The notes beneath the pieces were generated by a model, which did not search any database, was not told where the DNA came from, and saw only the letters and a list, made by a program, of their open reading frames with translations. Of a stretch of DNA of 54,448 nucleotides, positions 8,923 through 19,129 are shown in pieces. Position 1 is the first letter of the stretch, and each line of letters opens with the position of its first letter. The position numbers and the translations under genes are program-made. The DNA is taken from the IMG/VR virus record IMGVR_UViG_3300017971_000337, positions 1-54,448 of that record; one strand, given 5' to 3'. The DNA comes from a virus. Its lineage: Duplodnaviria > Caudoviricetes.

Positions 8923-10371
8923 CTAAGCCGATGGCGTTCCAGAAAGGGAATTAGAAAAAGCTGATTTATTAAATCTCGTATCGTAACTCTTAACTTTAAC
9001 ATGGTACTCCGTTCCATTGTTTAATTGTCTTAGATAAGTATACGCATATCCATCTACTGTAGATGGGTTCTTAACATCTATAGGGCTTCTTCCCAAATGA
9101 CAGAATTCATTTTTCCATTCCCCTTTCGTTGAAGTTATAAAAACTTCATACCCAACATGGTCTGCTTCTTGTGACTGTGTCCACTTAACAAGTACTCCTT
9201 CGTCTACTCCGTCTACTGAAATCAATTCCACTGGTTCTGGCGGAGTACTATCACGAACAGCTACATTTATTGGCAGGTTCAAGAAGTACGCACTCACAGT
9301 TATTGTTCTTTTATCCCTGTCCCTGGCTAGCTTTATTATTTTAACAGGTTCCCTTGAGAAATAAGCGAAGCTGAGGTCTAACTGTTCGAATAGTCTAAGC
9401 TCTTCCCATCGTCCTGAGCTGTTATCTAACTGAAAAGTTATCTTATATTTAATGTTTTTATTCTCGTCTAACATTAAATCCCCAGCCCAACCGGCTCCAG
9501 CTGAGTTTGCATACAATATCTTATAATCTGAGGAACTTGTTTCGTCCTTAGAATCCTTTGGAACAAGGAAAGTTCTTACCAAATCGTAAGTGGATTGCGA
9601 ACTAGCATCAGAACCTGTCGCGGTTGCGATTGTACCAGAATTGTCGTATTTTACGACATAATCGTTAATTAACTGGTCTTCTACTGTATCTATTTCAAAA
9701 TTCCTTTCTTGTATATCGTCATCATCTATCTCTGTACCTATCTGTCCATTCCAATCTTGGTACTGGATTAAATAAAATTTTTCATTCTCGCAATAGAAAG
9801 AACACCTGGACATCCTACAAAGTTCCTGGATAACAGCCTTGCATTTCTTCCCATCGTCCTTCGTGAATACTACATCCACCCAAGCTGTTTCTGTCGTTTG
9901 TATATCTATAGCTTCTTGAAAAGAACCGTCATCTATATAAGTTGCCTCATCCAAGCCCATCGCAGTCGTCAATATGTTCTTAACAGCTTCTGCTGGTGTT
10001 TCATTTCCCCCTGCTGTATTGTCATAGACACAAACAGTTTCAATCAAGTCTTGCATCACATTGGAACCTGTGACCTTGATAGCACTATTTCTATCACTGA
10101 CAGCTATCTTTTTTATCCTTCCACGAAAAGCATAACCTTCTATGTCGCTGTCGTAAACATCTAAGTCAGTGTTCCACCAGTCAACTCCATAGAACAAACT
10201 GCCGGAATAGAACGGATTGTAACTGTCCTTGTCAGTGTCGTCCAAAGTAACTTCGAACTTAGAAGCTACAGAAAAGGTTCCATTAAAATCCACAGACACA
10301 TCTTGCTTGTCGTAAGATAATACATCTTCGTCCGGAACAGCATATCCATTTAGAGTATACTCCCTGCTCAT
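8923..10371 (-). CDS. Tail tip/baseplate hub-like protein with a C-terminal fibronectin type III domain
   Basis: C-terminal V.W.....D..GY.V...L.NGTEY.VKVKSYD...N.S FN3 pattern; second gene after the tape measure. Confidence 0.7.
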   Translation of the reverse strand: MSREYTLNGYAVPDEDVLSYDKQDVSVDFNGTFSVASKFEVTLDDTDKDSYNPFYSGSLFYGVDWWNTDLDVYDSDIEGYAFRGRIKKIAVSDRNSAIKVTGSNVMQDLIETVCVYDNTAGGNETPAEAVKNILTTAMGLDEATYIDDGSFQEAIDIQTTETAWVDVVFTKDDGKKCKAVIQELCRMSRCSFYCENEKFYLIQYQDWNGQIGTEIDDDDIQERNFEIDTVEDQLINDYVVKYDNSGTIATATGSDASSQSTYDLVRTFLVPKDSKDETSSSDYKILYANSAGAGWAGDLMLDENKNIKYKITFQLDNSSGRWEELRLFEQLDLSFAYFSREPVKIIKLARDRDKRTITVSAYFLNLPINVAVRDSTPPEPVELISVDGVDEGVLVKWTQSQEADHVGYEVFITSTKGEWKNEFCHLGRSPIDVKNPSTVDGYAYTYLRQLNNGTEYHVKVKSYDTRFNKSAFSNSLSGTPSA

Positions 10372-13124
10372 AATTCAAACTTCCTTGCGAATACAAATTT
10401 TACCTTACTTCTTCCGTCTGCTGAGTGCATCCAATAGTCTGAGAACTCTGAGAAATCTGAATTCCAAAGAATGTAATAGGTGTTATATGTATTCGGGGAA
10501 GTTGTCGGCTGACAATATATCCTAACTTCCGCCTCGTTTTGACTCCATACAGTCAGTAAGTCATCGTAATATGTTTTGTCAATGTCCATCCATTCTAGTG
10601 GAAGGTACTCTGTCTGGGCTGTCTTCTTAGATGTTATAGAACCGTCCCTCTTAACCCTATTAGTCGCATCCACTGGCTTTAGATAAGGCTTCATGGATAT
10701 CGGCTTCGGTACAGTTATGGAACTCCATGTTGTCTGGGATCCTACATATCTTACATCGTATGCTCCAGCATTCCTTGTATCGTCTGCTAATCCGTATGCG
10801 GGGGAATTAGCGAAGTATCCCTCAACGGTTGTCTTTATATGTAAATCAATATCGCCCGGAGTAACCTGTCCTTCATTTATATACAATGGATTAGCCAGTA
10901 TCGTGGATGTACCGTTTGTCACTCCGCTTGTGGTGTCTGTGATTATAGTATAGGTGATAGTTATAGTTGTATCCGCATAGATACCGTAACCTGTATTGCC
11001 ATGGATATTATTATTCTTAACAACCTCGTTAGAACCATTGTTGTTCTGTAGTCGTAGACCTGCATTACAATCAAATATATCATTATGTTCTACTGTTATA
11101 TCTCCGCTACTAGCAGCTGCCCCATTGATATTGACTGCGTAATCTTCTGATATCCAATAGAAAATATTGTCTTGAACAATACAATCATTGACACCTGTTC
11201 CAAGGTATATTCCTGCATCGCTAGAATAGAATAGGTTATTGTAAAAATCACATTCGTTGTCTCCACTCACCAAGAAACAATCTGTACTAGATTCATAACA
11301 AGAACCATCATGCATGGAGCTCCATTTCAAAGTCAATTTAGCTGAGTTTATATTAAACAACTTTTCAAGAGTGAAAGAGTTTTCTAAATCAAATTCAATT
11401 CCGTTCACTGTACTTGCAACACTGACTTTCACAAAGGAAGTTGTTGGGGGTTCCGTTATAACAAACTCTCCTACATCGCTGGCATTATCATCCTGATAAC
11501 AGGTTACAAACTTATACCCGGAAAGCCAGGCGGAAGAACCATACTTGCACCAAGAAGAATCTTCATAGGTCAATGGACCAACAACCCCTTCCCCATCATC
11601 TGTATAGATGGCATACATTCCTCTTCTCGACGCAGATAGTTCCTGCCAAGTTACTCCGAAGTATCCATCTTGCATCTTAAAAGCATCTTGATATACAGTG
11701 ACATACAGACCTTCCACTTCCGTTCTAGCTACAACCTGTACTCCTGCGGGATTATAAATTTTAAAATTTGCAGAAGAACTATCGTTAGCATCCCGATAGA
11801 AAATTGCCCAGTTACCATTGCTTAATTCACAACATCCCATATCAGCGATAGCACTACTATCAAATACTGTCGGGGATACAATTTCCACTCCATCTTCGTC
11901 ATATATGACAAATTTCCCTTTATTACTGTCATCCGTATCGCTATAACAATTAACGACATTTCCATTGTTTATCTTGCAAGCTGTATTATAGTTCGGTCTG
12001 TTAGGTGTAAACTCTGTTGCGGAAACCACTGGAGTACCATCTTCTTCGTAAATAGCGTACATCCCATTGGTTAGGTTAGAATCCCTATAGAATACAATCC
12101 AATCTGTATTGTCTAGCACAGTTACGCTGAAATCAGAAGCACTGGCGTTCTGTATTTGTGTTTCGCCTACGACTGAAGAACCTGTATTAGTTCTTATTTG
12201 AAATTTTGGTCTGAGAGAATCATCATTATCTCTATAGCAACAGACCCAATTCCCATTGTCTAATGCGGCAACCTGTAGATAAGTAGTGTGGGCTCCAACA
12301 AAGACAGTCGGACCAGCGACATTGTTTCCATCTGCATCATAGATAACATAAGTGCCTTGATTAGAATTAGAAACATCCCTATAGACGCACACCCAATTCC
12401 CATTTCCAAGAACAGCCACATCTATATAATCTGTTGTCCCACCTTCAAACTGCGTTGGTCCAATCTTATGAGTACTCTCTATAAAACTTGAGCCAAATAC
12501 TCCAGAAGGTTTTATTGTTGGAGACTGTCCTACTGCCGCATAGACACCCTGGAAATTCCCCGTGAATTCAAAAGCGTCTTCTTCGTATGTTCCACTATCT
12601 AATATAACAACCTTCTGATGAGTAGCATCGCAAACTGAAATAGCACCGGAAGCCCCAGTCAAAGTTAATTTTGGAGCAGCTTGAGTGCCCGCATTAGAAT
12701 CATCACCAGTCTTAGAAACAAATATACTGTTCGCATCTGCCGGAGTGTACCCTAACAAGCGAGATTGAATCTTTGGTGTTTGTCCAGTCGCCGCATAGAC
12801 GCCTTCAAAATAAGCATTAGAATAACCGCTCAGGTCTTCATTATAAGTTACAGAGTCTAGCACCAGCACCTTTGTCTGTGTGATAGTACACTCATTAATC
12901 CCTTTTAGAATTGTTTTGTATGGATTGGACTGAGAACCATCACCGGTTGTATCATCACCGGTTGTATCGCTGACAAATATACTGTTCGCATCGGCGTAAA
13001 CATAAGAAGCTTCGTCTATAGTCGTGCCTGCGTCGGTTCCTATAGTATTTACAGGAAATGCGAACTTATTAACGACCGGACTATATTCTAGAGTTATAAA
13101 TTCATCGGATGCATATGCTTGCAT
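10368..13124 (-). CDS. Distal tail-associated multidomain protein (duplicated N-terminal module, propeller repeats, parallel beta-helix)
   Basis: ADANSIFVS..GDD occurs twice; repeated L.NGNW...Y.D blades; N-rich beta-helix; follows the tape measure. Confidence 0.65.
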   Translation of the reverse strand: MQAYASDEFITLEYSPVVNKFAFPVNTIGTDAGTTIDEASYVYADANSIFVSDTTGDDTTGDGSQSNPYKTILKGINECTITQTKVLVLDSVTYNEDLSGYSNAYFEGVYAATGQTPKIQSRLLGYTPADANSIFVSKTGDDSNAGTQAAPKLTLTGASGAISVCDATHQKVVILDSGTYEEDAFEFTGNFQGVYAAVGQSPTIKPSGVFGSSFIESTHKIGPTQFEGGTTDYIDVAVLGNGNWVCVYRDVSNSNQGTYVIYDADGNNVAGPTVFVGAHTTYLQVAALDNGNWVCCYRDNDDSLRPKFQIRTNTGSSVVGETQIQNASASDFSVTVLDNTDWIVFYRDSNLTNGMYAIYEEDGTPVVSATEFTPNRPNYNTACKINNGNVVNCYSDTDDSNKGKFVIYDEDGVEIVSPTVFDSSAIADMGCCELSNGNWAIFYRDANDSSSANFKIYNPAGVQVVARTEVEGLYVTVYQDAFKMQDGYFGVTWQELSASRRGMYAIYTDDGEGVVGPLTYEDSSWCKYGSSAWLSGYKFVTCYQDDNASDVGEFVITEPPTTSFVKVSVASTVNGIEFDLENSFTLEKLFNINSAKLTLKWSSMHDGSCYESSTDCFLVSGDNECDFYNNLFYSSDAGIYLGTGVNDCIVQDNIFYWISEDYAVNINGAAASSGDITVEHNDIFDCNAGLRLQNNNGSNEVVKNNNIHGNTGYGIYADTTITITYTIITDTTSGVTNGTSTILANPLYINEGQVTPGDIDLHIKTTVEGYFANSPAYGLADDTRNAGAYDVRYVGSQTTWSSITVPKPISMKPYLKPVDATNRVKRDGSITSKKTAQTEYLPLEWMDIDKTYYDDLLTVWSQNEAEVRIYCQPTTSPNTYNTYYILWNSDFSEFSDYWMHSADGRSKVKFVFARKFEL

Positions 13125-13133
13125 GTCTTTCCT

Positions 13134-15395
13134 CTACTTTAATAAGGTATCTTCACTAAATAAGTCTGCTCCCATCCTTCTAGCTACATCATTGAGCCTG
13201 GGAACAACTGATTCAGCTACAAATTCATCGCTCATAACATTCCCAGAAATGTTTATATTGACATCTGGAGTCCTTTGTCCAGCTGTTGGGTCTTGATTGA
13301 GGGCACGAAGTAGCCCTGCATTCTGTCTTGTTGCTTCCGCTGTCATAACAGCTTCATTAGAACCTATATAGGCAAGACTATGGTCGTTAGGTACATATCC
13401 TGATTCAAACTTAGGAACATGTCCAGTCCTATATGTTGGAGGTTCAGGCTTCGGGGGAAGAGGCTGAGCCTTTATTAACTGTACTTGCTTAGCACCAAGC
13501 CCGCCGACTAGAGCCGCGAGCATAAAATTCAATGGAGGAAAGGCGGATGCCAATGCTTTCGTGACAGCTTGTGCTGTATTGATAAGAGCTGCAACGATAC
13601 TTATCTTCTTCCCTGATTTGGCTTGTTCATATTGGAGTAAAGCTGTACGATATGCCCTTTCAGCATCCAGCTTTTTCTTTTCTCGTTCGTATTTTTTATC
13701 AATGGCTTCTCTAGCAGCTGCTCTTTCTTCATCATTCATTTCAGAATTTTCAAGGTTCTCGACTTCTGCTTCGTACTGTTCATTTAGTGCATTCATCCTA
13801 GCGTTCAGTTCCAGATTCAGGTGCGCCATCCTATTCTGATATCCCATTGCATGTATATTTTGAATCTGACTTGCGAGGTCACTAGTGATAGCAAGAGTTT
13901 GACCGGCTATATTTGTAAAGTTTTTTATCTCGAGTTCTTCTTTCTTCTGTGCATAAGCCTTGTCTATAGCACTAAGTTCCTCCTGATGTCCCTTGTACAT
14001 CTCCTTCATCTTTTCATATTTTATTCTTTCCGCTTCGAGTTCAGCTCCAGACCTATCTCCTATATATGCTAGGTATTGACCGAGGTCAGGTTTTGGCGGA
14101 GCCGGTCCCTTTGGACCTTTGTCTGGTCCTCCACCAGGAGACTTTTTCCTTATTTTATCAAGGGTTTTATCATATTCTTTCGTCTTTCCATTGATACGGT
14201 CAAGTTCATTTTGATAATCTTCAAGAACCTTAGACACAGACATATATCCATCGGCGACACCCTGTTGGGCATCAGCAAGTTTCTGTGTTTCGTCTCTCCA
14301 TTTTCCAAAGATGTCAAGTTCTATACGACCAAATCCCATATTGATAAGGTCCTGCACCTTTTTGCCCTGTCTATGGAGTCTATATAGCCCTTGAGTGTAC
14401 TGTTCCAGAGAAACATTTCTTTCTTCCGCGTAACCTTTCACCTTCCAACGAAGTTCTTCGACCACCCTCATTTGCTTTTCTAAGTCTTGAACTTTGTTTT
14501 CTTTAGAAAGCCAGGTGTCTAATAGGCGGATAAGAGTCGCGACAGAAAGAATAGCTTTAGAAACTTGCCTTAAAAATCCTATCAGTATCCCGGAACCACC
14601 TGTATCAACACTCTGGAATGCTTTGACAAGTTGTCTTAAGGAAGGTATAAAAAGTTTTCCTACATCTTCATAGAAATCTCCAAGAGTGTTCTGAAGGGCT
14701 TGCCAGCCTGTTCCACTTTCTCTAAGAGCCCTTGCAACTCCACCGAATTGTGTTTGTAATTCTCCCAAGATAACTTTCTGAGCTGAAGCTACATCGCCGG
14801 TTGCAACGAAACCTTTAATCATGTCCACTTGCGTCTCAGATAGTTGAACCCCAACCCTGCTAAGAGCCGCGACACCTTTCACTGGGTCATTGAGAGCTTT
14901 TCCAAGTTGTATAGCTGAGCTCTTAAGGTCTGTTCCCATTGCCGCAGACATGTCCAACATGATTTCTGTGGCGGCGGGAAACACATCCTTACCAATTTTA
15001 GTAAAGGTCAATAGTAGGTTTTGACCCATTATAGTTGTTTCATCACCGAAATCTGTAACAGCCTGGAGGTCAGAAGCCATCTTCTTAACTTCTTTTGCGG
15101 TCAGCCCAGCTGCATTCTTTGTACTCTTAAGAACAGCATTCAATTGGGCTTCGGCTTTCACCTGTACCATCGTAACTTCAGCGACCTTCTTGAATATTTT
15201 TGTCAAAGCAAGAGCGCCGACGGCAACTGCCGCAAAACCTGCCTTTAGACCGCCCAGGGACGACCTCATACCTTTCGTAGATTTCTTGGCTGTTTTTTCA
15301 AGATGCTTAATCTTCTTTTCAGATTCCGTCATCTTAGCTTTGAGTTGTTTATTCTCAGCCTTTAGATGTAGTAGCAGTTCGTTTCCTTTTGCCAT
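13134..15395 (-). CDS. Tail tape measure protein
   Basis: Ala/Leu helical protein with the typical LQ.VT.FGDE...LLTFTKI...A.QLGKALNDP..G..AL.RVG motif; follows the tail chaperone. Confidence 0.92.
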   Translation of the reverse strand: MAKGNELLLHLKAENKQLKAKMTESEKKIKHLEKTAKKSTKGMRSSLGGLKAGFAAVAVGALALTKIFKKVAEVTMVQVKAEAQLNAVLKSTKNAAGLTAKEVKKMASDLQAVTDFGDETTIMGQNLLLTFTKIGKDVFPAATEIMLDMSAAMGTDLKSSAIQLGKALNDPVKGVAALSRVGVQLSETQVDMIKGFVATGDVASAQKVILGELQTQFGGVARALRESGTGWQALQNTLGDFYEDVGKLFIPSLRQLVKAFQSVDTGGSGILIGFLRQVSKAILSVATLIRLLDTWLSKENKVQDLEKQMRVVEELRWKVKGYAEERNVSLEQYTQGLYRLHRQGKKVQDLINMGFGRIELDIFGKWRDETQKLADAQQGVADGYMSVSKVLEDYQNELDRINGKTKEYDKTLDKIRKKSPGGGPDKGPKGPAPPKPDLGQYLAYIGDRSGAELEAERIKYEKMKEMYKGHQEELSAIDKAYAQKKEELEIKNFTNIAGQTLAITSDLASQIQNIHAMGYQNRMAHLNLELNARMNALNEQYEAEVENLENSEMNDEERAAAREAIDKKYEREKKKLDAERAYRTALLQYEQAKSGKKISIVAALINTAQAVTKALASAFPPLNFMLAALVGGLGAKQVQLIKAQPLPPKPEPPTYRTGHVPKFESGYVPNDHSLAYIGSNEAVMTAEATRQNAGLLRALNQDPTAGQRTPDVNINISGNVMSDEFVAESVVPRLNDVARRMGADLFSEDTLLK

Positions 15396-15465
15396 TACTT
15401 TTTTATCCTAAAATCCTTGGAATTTTTCTTAGCTTTGTTCTCACTCTCTTTGAGTTCTTTCTCTT

Positions 15466-16131
15466 TTATGACATTGTACTCTGTTCCGCGAATATGTCTA
15501 AGACTTCTTTGGGATATGGTTTCTCTGAGTACTTTGGCATAACCACCTTTTTCTTTACTGTCTTCGAAGATTGAGTAGGTGGCGAGGACTTGCTTTTCCT
15601 CGGTTGTTCTTCGCCTATGAAATTCTTCATTAGTGCCCCCAAGTTTTTTTTAACTACATCAAAGTTGAACACAAATAGTAGAAACAATAGGTGAACAACT
15701 TCATCGCCCTTCATAATCTTCAGGGCTTTCTTTGCTTTTTTCTTTGAATGTTTGAGCTTTACGGTTCCTCTTTTCTTTGTGGATACAAATACCCACTTGC
15801 TAACAAATTCAATTGTGTCCTTTTGAAACTTTCTAAAGTCTTCATTGGCTTCAAATATTTTTACATGAGCGACTATTTTTTCTATCGCGCCCGGATCTCT
15901 ATAGTTAAGTGCGGTCAAGAAATCTAAATCAATAAAGACTTTGTAATACTCTTGCAACATATAAGACATGTCGTGTAAGAACTTATCGTATTCACCAAAG
16001 TAGACGGGAGTTGTAATAAGCAAGTATTTATTGACCTTGAACACGAAAGGCTTTTCTCGGATTATATCAAGGTCAGTAAATTTATCTTGCAATAATTCTT
16101 TAAGGCTGTATTTATCTTTAGAATTAAACAT
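15466..16131 (-). CDS. Tail assembly chaperone (G; GT form made by -1 frameshift)
   Basis: Between tail tube and tape measure; likely start MFNSKDKY at 16131; slippery A-run at VVKKN. Confidence 0.75.
   Translation of the reverse strand: MFNSKDKYSLKELLQDKFTDLDIIREKPFVFKVNKYLLITTPVYFGEYDKFLHDMSYMLQEYYKVFIDLDFLTALNYRDPGAIEKIVAHVKIFEANEDFRKFQKDTIEFVSKWVFVSTKKRGTVKLKHSKKKAKKALKIMKGDEVVHLLFLLFVFNFDVVKKNLGALMKNFIGEEQPRKSKSSPPTQSSKTVKKKVVMPKYSEKPYPKEVLDIFAEQSTMS
15643..15651 (-). other. Programmed -1 ribosomal frameshift site (A AAA AAC)
   Basis: Minus strand reads GTT AAA AAA AAC; the -1 frame is open to a TAA at 15397-15395 that overlaps the tape-measure ATG (TAATG). Confidence 0.8.
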
Positions 16132-16135
16132 GAGC

Positions 16136-16735
16136 TTAACTTGAACTTGCAGCAGCTGGCCACGCCCAGAATGCAATGTTGTCCTGAGTAGCATATGCCG
16201 CATTGTAGTCCCAAGTTGGATTTGTTGTTAAGGGAGTAGAATCCTTTTGAGCTATTCCTTTGAAAGGAATGGACGCATGCTCTTCCCCGCCCAACATAAC
16301 TTCGAAAGCCTCAGCGGTGATCTGGAGCCTTCTTATGTAAAGCCGAAGTTCGTTACCGTCTACAGTTTGCCCGATTAAAATCATTGATGGAAATACCGGC
16401 GATGGAGCCGTAGATCCCATCATAACCCTGCGATATGTACCAGAAGTATCATATCTTCTTTGTGAAACAAGAGCAAGAGTTTCTGGTTGTAACTGTTTTA
16501 AAGAAGTTTCAATTTCAAATTCCTGATTGATAATGTCCCTTCTTATTTCAGTTCGTGGGATACCAGTCTTATAAATGGCATACTCCACAGTTTGGCGCCA
16601 CGCCTTTTCTGCATCCAAATAACCAATGCCAAGATCCCCATTTCCATCATGAAAATTGAGATAGACGGCAGGGTCATAGAGAAACATATAATTGTCGTCA
16701 TCGCCAAAATTAGTAGTTGTTATGTTTAGACTCAT
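16136..16735 (-). CDS. Major tail (tube) protein
   Basis: 199-aa beta-rich protein with DLGIGY motif; AAGGAG RBS; upstream of chaperone and tape measure. Confidence 0.75.
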   Translation of the reverse strand: MSLNITTTNFGDDDNYMFLYDPAVYLNFHDGNGDLGIGYLDAEKAWRQTVEYAIYKTGIPRTEIRRDIINQEFEIETSLKQLQPETLALVSQRRYDTSGTYRRVMMGSTAPSPVFPSMILIGQTVDGNELRLYIRRLQITAEAFEVMLGGEEHASIPFKGIAQKDSTPLTTNPTWDYNAAYATQDNIAFWAWPAAASSS

Positions 16736-16755
16736 TTTAGTCTCCTTAAAATGAT

Positions 16756-17076
16756 TTATATTGAGTTCTTAAGGCTTCCAGCCTTATGTAGCTCCAAAAA
16801 TTTTTCGGGTGTGACTCCTTTGTCATCGACATAATAATCACAAGGAGGTTTTCCCATCACTAGACTATGGTATGGAACATTGTATTCTTCCAGAAGGGCT
16901 TTCGTATCCATAAGATGCTTCCAATGTCTACCTGTTTGTACCACTATCGTATTCCCTTGATAGTACAATTCCCTAATGACTGCTATGATTTTCTCCCTCG
17001 CACCTATAAGAGTGTACTTATCCTCATGAAAAGAAGTGAAGAAAATAGTGTCATCCAAGTCAAAACATATATTCAC
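16756..17076 (-). CDS. HAD-family phosphatase, capsule-biosynthesis type
   Basis: FDLDDTI motif I, TGR motif II, GKP..DYYVDDK motifs III/IV. Confidence 0.88.
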   Translation of the reverse strand: MNICFDLDDTIFFTSFHEDKYTLIGAREKIIAVIRELYYQGNTIVVQTGRHWKHLMDTKALLEEYNVPYHSLVMGKPPCDYYVDDKGVTPEKFLELHKAGSLKNSI

Positions 17077-17888
17077 TTTCTAAGCATCTCCCTCTTTTCC
17101 TTTTCACATTCAAGTATTACTCTACTACCATAAAACCCGAGGGCTTTTTCTGCATCTCTGACCTTTTCAACCATGGAAAACATTTCTGCAGGGTTCAAGG
17201 AACTCTTATGGTCGCTTCCCCAGAGATTCTTATCTAAGGTGATGTGCTTTTCTATCCAGGTTATCCCTGCATATATCGGTAAAATAGTATTGTATATCCC
17301 ATCGTCATGACCGGAATACCCTATCTGCTTCGTGGGATACTTGTTCTGTAGCCAATGAATATAATTCAAGTTCAAGTTTTCTATCTTAGTCGGGTACTCC
17401 GCGACCGAATGGAGTAGTACATCTGGATTCCCAACCTTTACAGCTTGTTCTATTTCCTCTTCAGAACTCATCCCAGTGCTCATAATCACCGTTTTATATT
17501 TTAATCTACAGAAAGCTAACAGGTCAATATCGGTTATAAGAGCGGAAGGTATCTTAACTGTATCACAGAATTCCGCCATAAACCCAGCGCTGTCCAAGTC
17601 CCAGACAGAGCTGAACCATTTTATCTTATGAAGTTTACAGATGGAATTTATCTTTTCGTACTCCCTGTAATTAAATTCTATCTTCTTCTTATACTTTAAA
17701 TATGTCATTTCGCCCCAAGGTGTCGCCCTTGGAAGATCCTTTTTATCATCGGGAACGCATATATCAGGGTTCCTCTTTTGAAACTTAACATAATTGAATC
17801 CAGCGATGGCTGACAAAGTTATTAACTTCCTTGCTACTTCTAAGTCTCCATTGTGATTGATGCCTATTTCTGCAACTAGATTTATCAT
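17073..17888 (-). CDS. neuB: N-acetylneuraminate/nonulosonate(-9-phosphate) synthase, lacking the C-terminal SAF domain
   Basis: AEIGINHNGD, VKFQKR, KIPS, STGMS, GYSGH, IEKHITLD..LWGSDH..SL motifs. Confidence 0.93.
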   Translation of the reverse strand: MINLVAEIGINHNGDLEVARKLITLSAIAGFNYVKFQKRNPDICVPDDKKDLPRATPWGEMTYLKYKKKIEFNYREYEKINSICKLHKIKWFSSVWDLDSAGFMAEFCDTVKIPSALITDIDLLAFCRLKYKTVIMSTGMSSEEEIEQAVKVGNPDVLLHSVAEYPTKIENLNLNYIHWLQNKYPTKQIGYSGHDDGIYNTILPIYAGITWIEKHITLDKNLWGSDHKSSLNPAEMFSMVEKVRDAEKALGFYGSRVILECEKEKREMLRK

Positions 17889-19129
17889 TTTACATTCTCA
17901 TTTATTATGAATTTTATCTTGCCTGAGATGGACTTCTCTAGCCTGTCCACATAATTGAATTTTACTTTCAGCCCTTTGCATATCTCCAAGACTACTTCCA
18001 TCAACTTGTCTTCATCCGCGAAACCGTATGTATCCCCTTTAACAATATTAACTGTAATGAGGTTGTCCTTCTGCACTAGTTGAAAACATTTATAGTCTAT
18101 GAAAGTTCCATCAGACTTAGTTACATGAGACATGTGATGTAATAAGAATGATGGAGACACCAGCCCTTCTTTAGAAACTATAAAGTCGTTGTCCCTTCCC
18201 TGAACCTTTATAATTGGAAGCTCTCTCCCACAGGAACACTTCTTATCAGTTCTAAATAGCTTATCTCCATTCTTATACCTTATAAACGGTGAAGCTAAAT
18301 TCCATATATCAGTTACAATCATGTTATCTTCTTCGTCTGATTGTAGAATAGCCCTTTCCATTGTTTCATGCATCCCTTCTTGTCGTTCACAGTCCCATGC
18401 ACTGGAACCTCCGTCACAACAAACATATTCTTCGAACACCTTTCCGTGAAAAGCCAGCTCTATTGTCTTTCTTACTTCCGGGTAGAGCTGTTCTGCTATT
18501 AAGTTTATAGAAGGTATCTCTATTCTATAGTTGTTATCAATAATCCAATTCGCTAGGATGTATGCTGTTGATACATAAGACCGTAACTGTACAGGCTGAA
18601 AAGCCCTTATATCGTCTAATGTGCGCCTTATATTCCGCCTTTCTACATCACCCTGTATAGTTAATAAGAGCTTTCCTTTTCCTACACTCCCTCGGGCAGA
18701 ACAGACAACCGCTCTCTTGTCTTTTGACTGGTCATAACCGCTCCATATCCATCCACGATTATGCTTCTTAGCTCTCATATCCTTCGTCAAGTTGTCTTCA
18801 TGGTATATAAGAGGCTCGCCTGTACTACCTCCAGTCCTCATGTTAGTGCTTATATGCTTCTTATCAACCCAATCATTATATTGTTGAAGCTCCTTCTTTG
18901 TAATCACTGGAAGCTTTTCCAAGTCTTCAATCTCTTTTATACTGTTTATGTCAATTCCATGTTTATTATACAGCTTGTGATAGCCTCGCACATTAAAGTA
19001 TGCATGCTTTACAATCATACGCATCAATTCAGTCTGGAAGCTTCGAAGCTTTTCGTAACTCCAATATTGCGTTTCCAATAGGTCAATCAATTCCCCTTCT
19101 CCTCTTAGCTTCTCGAATAGCCATATCAA
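17885..19129 (-). CDS. Phenylacetate-CoA ligase/CapK-like adenylate-forming enzyme
   Basis: LPVITK, TGGSTGEP, PFIRY..GD, CSCGR..P, GR..D and SGK motifs; true start may be TTG at about 19090. Confidence 0.88.
   Translation of the reverse strand: MIWLFEKLRGEGELIDLLETQYWSYEKLRSFQTELMRMIVKHAYFNVRGYHKLYNKHGIDINSIKEIEDLEKLPVITKKELQQYNDWVDKKHISTNMRTGGSTGEPLIYHEDNLTKDMRAKKHNRGWIWSGYDQSKDKRAVVCSARGSVGKGKLLLTIQGDVERRNIRRTLDDIRAFQPVQLRSYVSTAYILANWIIDNNYRIEIPSINLIAEQLYPEVRKTIELAFHGKVFEEYVCCDGGSSAWDCERQEGMHETMERAILQSDEEDNMIVTDIWNLASPFIRYKNGDKLFRTDKKCSCGRELPIIKVQGRDNDFIVSKEGLVSPSFLLHHMSHVTKSDGTFIDYKCFQLVQKDNLITVNIVKGDTYGFADEDKLMEVVLEICKGLKVKFNYVDRLEKSISGKIKFIINENVK

Noticed and set aside
4868-13124. Diversity-generating retroelement or invertible tail-fibre switch
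   Set aside because: No reverse transcriptase, invertase or near-identical TR/VR nucleotide pair seen; the paralogue similarity is mostly at protein level
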